DNA of 62,363 nucleotides, counting the filler, from Vannella sp. (Eukaryota), in assembly GCA_023345925.1 (NCBI GenBank). It is 5 parts of 5 records of this genome, joined end to end, with 100 filler letters (N's around TTAATTAATTAA, not from the genome) between each part and the next. Parts side by side here need not be neighbours in the genome. Positions count along the whole stretch, not along the records: positions 57,698 to 62,363 come from JAJQQN010000080.1; 4 more parts are not named here. One strand, given 5' to 3'. A program made the translations under genes and the position numbers. Positions within the stretch are counted from its first letter, which is position 1; the number at the start of each line of letters is the position of its first letter. The notes beneath the pieces were generated by a model that searched no databases, was not told the origin of the DNA, and was given only the letters and a program-made list of their open reading frames with translations. Of the stretch, positions 57,598-62,363 are shown one piece after another.

Positions 57598-57697
57598 NNN
57601 NNNNNNNNNNNNNNNNNNNNNNNNNNNNNNNNNNNNNNNNNTTAATTAATTAANNNNNNNNNNNNNNNNNNNNNNNNNNNNNNNNNNNNNNNNNNNN
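57598..57697. other. Artificial contig linker
   Basis: N44-TTAATTAATTAA-N44. Confidence 0.97.
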
Positions 57698-57823
57698 ATC
57701 ATGCCCGCATTTCTTATGAGCGTGACCAGCTTGGCTGCTTGCCACAACCAGGCACAAAAGGAGCGCAACGAAGCACCGCATAGATAAAAAAGTGTCATTT
57801 TAACATCCCCTTCACTAAAAAAA

Positions 57824-57873
57824 AACAAACGAAAATGATAACCCTTAGTCCAACAAACGAAAATGATAACCCT
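57824..57873. repeat. 22-nt direct repeat with 28-nt period
   Basis: aacaaacgaaaatgataaccct at 57824 and 57852. Confidence 0.75.
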
Positions 57874-58182
57874 AAGTTCTTTCCTCATGCGGGCACAGCA
57901 TAAATTAGGCTTTTCTCAATCGATAAACTTTTAAATCAGGCTAAAATGGAATTGTTCAGTTTGTTTTTAGGAGGAGAATAGTTAGGGTAGAGAATTCCTC
58001 ATTCGGGTTCCATGGTCGAGGGTCTTTAACTGACAGTTGTCACTTCAGAGAAGGTCATAAGCCCTCCACCGCGTGCATACACAGATTGCGACACCGTCCT
58101 ATCGCTTCATGACCAGAAGAGAGGTATCTCTCATATGTGCCAAATGGCAAACCATGGAGAATGGAGAGGATAAAGAGAGGTT

Positions 58183-61100
58183 TTATACTTGTCTGGAACC
58201 CACAAGAGTTGCAGCTGCTTTTGATAAACGCTCTGCATTAACCTTGACGTACTCTTCAGTGGCTTGCTCCATCGCTAAGATCTTTTCGTCTCGCGTCTCG
58301 TCAAGTATGACATCGAACGCATCTCCAACCACATTGAAGCGATAGTAAACGTCTGGACTGAGAAAGTCCTCCATTATGTCGTCTACACGGGCCACGCTGG
58401 TGGCGCTCTCGATCACAGAAAGGACAAAATCTTTGATACCCTTGCCCTGTTGTTTGGTTGCAAACGCTCCAGTTCCTATGGAGATGATACAGTCCAAGGG
58501 AACGTCTAATCTTGCTAAGAATGGGAATGGAGGCGCGAGAGTGACTGACCTTTGCCCCAGATCTTCAGATACTCATGATAGGCAAGTCCCGTGGGGTTGT
58601 TGACCGACATTCCTCCATCAGAGAAGCGCATTGAGTCTGAGAGCCATGAGATTGGCACTCCTTTGATGACAATGACGACCACATACCATAAACGCACTCA
58701 GTAAACATCGATGGCGCCGCGCTTGTCGCTCGGATAGCTTCCCACACTTTGCGCTCACAATTACCAGGATAGCGAGACTTGACACCTGGCCGGTAGGTGT
58801 AGTTACGGAACAGGAAAGGATCGGGAGGATACACATCCATGTGAATGGCAGCCACGAATACGCGGGTAACCTCCTCAAGAGAGCTGGTATCAATCAAACT
58901 GTCTTCTCCAAAGAGTTCTCGAAGGATCTTCTCAAAGACAGCCGTGTTGTAGCGTCCTCCAGTGGAGAATAAGTTGGATAGGAGAGCCACTTTCTCTCCC
59001 CATCCTTCAGCTTTCTTTGCCCCCGAAGAGAAGATCTCCTTGAAGAACCTCTTTTGAAGAGTTCCGACTTCTTCTGATCCAAGGCAAGCCACTCCAAATA
59101 GACAAGAGAGGATTCCCCCAACAGAGGTCCCACAAATAAGGTCGAATAGCTGATGAATCCTCTTTCCTGTGATTCTCTCCAGTTCGATAAGGATGCCAAC
59201 AGTTGAGACTGATTTGGTTCCTCCTCCGTCTAAGCAGAGAATGCGGACTCCTCGTTGAGAGGGCAGATGGGTTAGTCGCTTGTTCAGATGGCCAGTGTAC
59301 CCCACACAGTTCAGTATCTTGCGGCATCCTTCACGCATTCTCTGGTCTTCATGATGGAGCTCCTTTTGGATAAAGCCCTCGAGCCCTTGATGGTAGAGAG
59401 AGGTTGCTACCTCCTCATCCAGGCACAAGTGAGAAAGTGCCTTCAACGCTGCCACTGTAACATCCATAGTTTCATGAGAATCCCTATTGCTGATAGCGAG
59501 AATACTTTGGAAGAGGAGAGGGGACTGCACCAGTGCTCGGCGACCTTCCGAATGCAGGGCAAGACCTCCCAATCCACGGATAGCATCCACCACAATCTCC
59601 TTTCGTTGATGCGAGAGGAAGAGAAGGAAGTCAGAAAGGTACTTGATGAGTTCTTCGTGATACACTCGGCTGCCTGCAAGCTCAGCAAGCGCAAATACGA
59701 GAAGCGGATGGGTACAATTCCGAGCAAGAAGCATCAAGGGCTGGATATGTGCAAGCAGAGGCACTTCAATAGCATCCTTATCCTTCTTCCTTCGATCCTT
59801 CTCCTCCTGGGTCTCAAAATCGATCACTTCGACCATCTTCTTGTGGTAGTGGATGGAAAGATTGAAGATGGAGAGCAACTCAAGAGAGTCTATCCCACAT
59901 AACTCATCAGGAAGACCAGAAATAGGGTTTCCATGGAGGTGCAAAAGCCTCAGTCGGGTGAAACTAGCCAGATACGTTGGAAGAGTGTTCAACTGATTAT
60001 TGGCAAAAGAGATTCTTTGCAAGAAGGGACCTTTGAGCAGATGCTCGGGTACCTTAGGGAGCTCACCAATAGCGTTATTAGAAAGGTCAATCTCTTGAAT
60101 GCATTGCATGTTGAACAAATCCTCTGGAAGGCGGGAGATCCGATTGCCGTGCAGCCGGAGCTCCCGAAGCTCATGAAGACAGGAAAAGATGCCGTTTTGA
60201 ACAACAACAAGGTCGTTTCCGGATAGGTCGAGTAGTGTCAGACGTAGGAGCTTCCCAAGTGAGTCTGGAACGGTGGAAATTTGGTTTTGGGCCAAGTGGA
60301 GCTCGTTGAGAGATTCTAAAGCCTCCAGAGACGATGGAATGAAGCGGCACTTGTTCTTACAGAGGTCTAACACTCGCAGGTTCCTCATTCCCTTGAACAC
60401 TGCAAGGGGCACCGAAGTTATCATGTTATCTGCTGCCAAGAGAATTTGAAGCTCATCATGGACTCCCATGGAGGGCAGCTCCGTCAGCGAATTGCCTGAC
60501 ACATTGAGTATCTCCAGATGGGCCAAACTGGCCAAAGGAGGGAGCGAGGAGAGCTTGTTGTTGGAAAGATCCAGTTGGACAAGGCTCACCATGAAGCTGA
60601 CAGGAGTCAAAGGGGACCTATTCATCAGGCCTGTTCCCAAGGCATTGTTCGACAAGTCAAGTACCTCGAGAGCATCGAGAGTACGCAGCTCTGCAGGAAT
60701 CTTGCTAATCCGATTGAAAGCTAAATTGAGTACTCTGAGTGACTTGAGAGCGCTGTATTCGCTGTAGATGCTGCTGATCTGGTTGTTGCGAAGATGTAGC
60801 TCACGTAGCTTGCTAAGTGATGATAAGGACTTGGATGCAGAGGACAAGCGATTGTCGTTTAGCACCAAACACGCAAGTTCAGCGCATCCCTGGCCTATCT
60901 CTGACGATGACTTGAGCTTTGTCTTCTCAATGGTGAGGGTTTGAAGCTTTCCAAGTGCTGCTATGTTGCTTGGTAGAGAGGAGAAGCTGTGGTTGGAGAG
61001 AACAAGAGTTTCCAAGTTGCTCAGGAACCCGAGGTTGGTCGGGAAGGTCACAAAGTTATATTTGGTGCCTTCCCCCGATGACGTTACAGTCACTTCGCGC

Positions 61101-61471
61101 ACTAACTTGCTCCAGGGGTCAAGCTCGCCTTCATACCAGCTGTCGGCACCTCCCCCAGCCTGTGCAAGCATCTCACTCTTGATCAGAGAGAGAAGCTCGT
61201 CAGGTAGCTCCTTCTCTGGAATGGCGCACTCGTTATCCTTCAAAGTGATGTCCACATCGATCCCCAGCATCGACTTGGCGGTAAAGTGGAGCTCTGGCGG
61301 AACCACGTTGTCCGCCTCCGCGATGATCTCCACCATCGACTCTGGCGGTGGTTGAAAGCTGTCCTCGCCATCAATGATCGCTTTCAGATCACCAGCAGCC
61401 TTCCGCATCTGACTCGGCGTCCGAGGACGCCACCCTGACGCCTGCAGGCTTGGTGGAGGGGTCGAGGACAT
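58183..61471 (-). CDS. LRR - ARM - patatin-like phospholipase (PNPLA8 / plant PLA-I architecture), 3 exons
   Basis: Long LxxLxLxxN array; ARM-like helices; LCLDGGG, GTSVGG (GxSxG), SAAP, DGG after intron, ISIGTG. Confidence 0.9.
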
Positions 61472-61629
61472 GGAAATGAATAAAGAATGTAATCTTACCA
61501 AATCGCAAGCCAGAAACACCTTTGATAAACACATGGCACAAAAAATTGCCCAATCAGCAGCCTGGAAAAGTGGTTCTGCGACATCTGATTGGTGGAATTG
61601 AGTTTGTTTATGATCCTCCATTGATTCAT

Positions 61630-61666
61630 TGAGTAGCCTCGTTTATACTTGAACCGAGGCTACTCA
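61630..61666. repeat. Perfect 12-bp inverted repeat (13-nt loop)
   Basis: tgagtagcctcg ... cgaggctactca. Confidence 0.8.
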
Positions 61667-61712
61667 GGAAGACAGTCACTGTGAAGAGTTCTAGCGCAGC
61701 CTCTTCTGAGCG

Positions 61713-62120
61713 TTATTCCTCGTTCTTGATCTTTGGATGTACTTCAACTCCCTGGGTCCATGTGGGACCTGCAAGGACAGAGTTAACGGTCACGCCACGA
61801 ACTCCTTTGGTCAACTGGCCAGACCGCGAGCCAGTCCAATCATGCTTGTCTTGCTCACCAAGAAAGAGATCACCAGGGAGAGACACCAGCCTCACCAGAG
61901 ATCATTAGAATGCGCCCACTTTGGCGTTATACATGCCCTTGAGGAAACGGCTTGAAAGGCGAACGACAGAGTACCCCTTTTGATCTGCAACGACTGCTTC
62001 TGCATCGGCCTTGCGGCGTCCGTTGTTCGGCCATTACGCAAGAACTCCTCTCAGCAATGGCCTTTCCAATACCCTTGGTGCTCCCAGACACAAGCTTTCC
62101 AGCCAGGCCAAGGTCAAGAG
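61713..62120 (-). pseudogene. Decayed short-chain dehydrogenase/reductase (SDR)
   Basis: Fragments in shifting frames: DLGLAGKLVSGSTKGIGKAIAE, GRILMISGEAG, VSKTSMIGLARGLA, GVTVNSVLAGPTWTQGV; multiple deletions and frameshifts. Confidence 0.75.
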
Positions 62121-62363
62121 TTCACGGCCCCAGCAAACCACGCCACGGTTGAGAGACTGGTCAGAATGGCCCATGTTGAGCCCAAATGAAAAAAGATCTT
62201 CATTCAATATAAAAATGAGAATATCCATAATTTGATACTTTCACAATGGGATTCATATGTGAGGGGACAATTGAAAAGGGAAACGAACTTCGGGATCTGG
62301 GAACTGTTTGGGAAACTGTTCATTCTTTCTGCGTCAAATTCAGCATATCCCCCCACCCAACTT

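Noticed and set aside
13277..57697. Four identical TTAATTAATTAA palindromes flanked by N runs
   Set aside because: Synthetic six-frame-stop contig linkers, not biological repeats; gene neighbourhoods across them (e.g. LRR gene and the secreted protein) were ignored
61472..61621. 50-aa N-terminal extension of the LRR-patatin ORF
   Set aside because: The region contains promoter-like CCAAT boxes and a TCATT motif directly before ATG 61471, which is the more plausible start

Overview
Gene-dense eukaryotic DNA from a protist with a compact genome. Most spliceosomal introns are about 45-55 nt and many intergenic gaps are under 250 nt. An amoebozoan source is inferred from a CudA-family transcription factor. 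The window is five unrelated contigs joined by artificial N44-TTAATTAATTAA-N44 linkers, so adjacency across a linker has no biological meaning. About 26 genes can be reconstructed by hand: housekeeping genes (WDR75, AMT, TRMT11, RPL35A, ALG14, IST1, TMEM19), signalling and ubiquitin genes, and a few orphans. The most striking feature is missed by the ORF track: a secreted or surface LRR gene at 19961-21798. It has ten consecutive 69-nt exons, each exactly one 23-aa LRR. All introns are phase 2 and appear homologous to each other, the concave-face residues are variable, and every possible exon junction stays in frame. This makes it a candidate combinatorial or exon-shuffling receptor system. 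Other notable items are a PARP4-like ADP-ribosyltransferase fused to a pol-beta-type nucleotidyltransferase and a C2-RING/IBR protein fused to a MYCBP2-type RING-Cys-relay ligase, tail-to-tail with a HERC1/2-like giant. There is also a dual-specificity phosphatase with two PIP boxes, a switch-degenerate Rab1, a plant RVE8-like MYB with an LCL domain, a dispersed 109-bp hairpin-like element and a TCATT initiator motif. All family calls come from motif recognition by eye; no searches were run.
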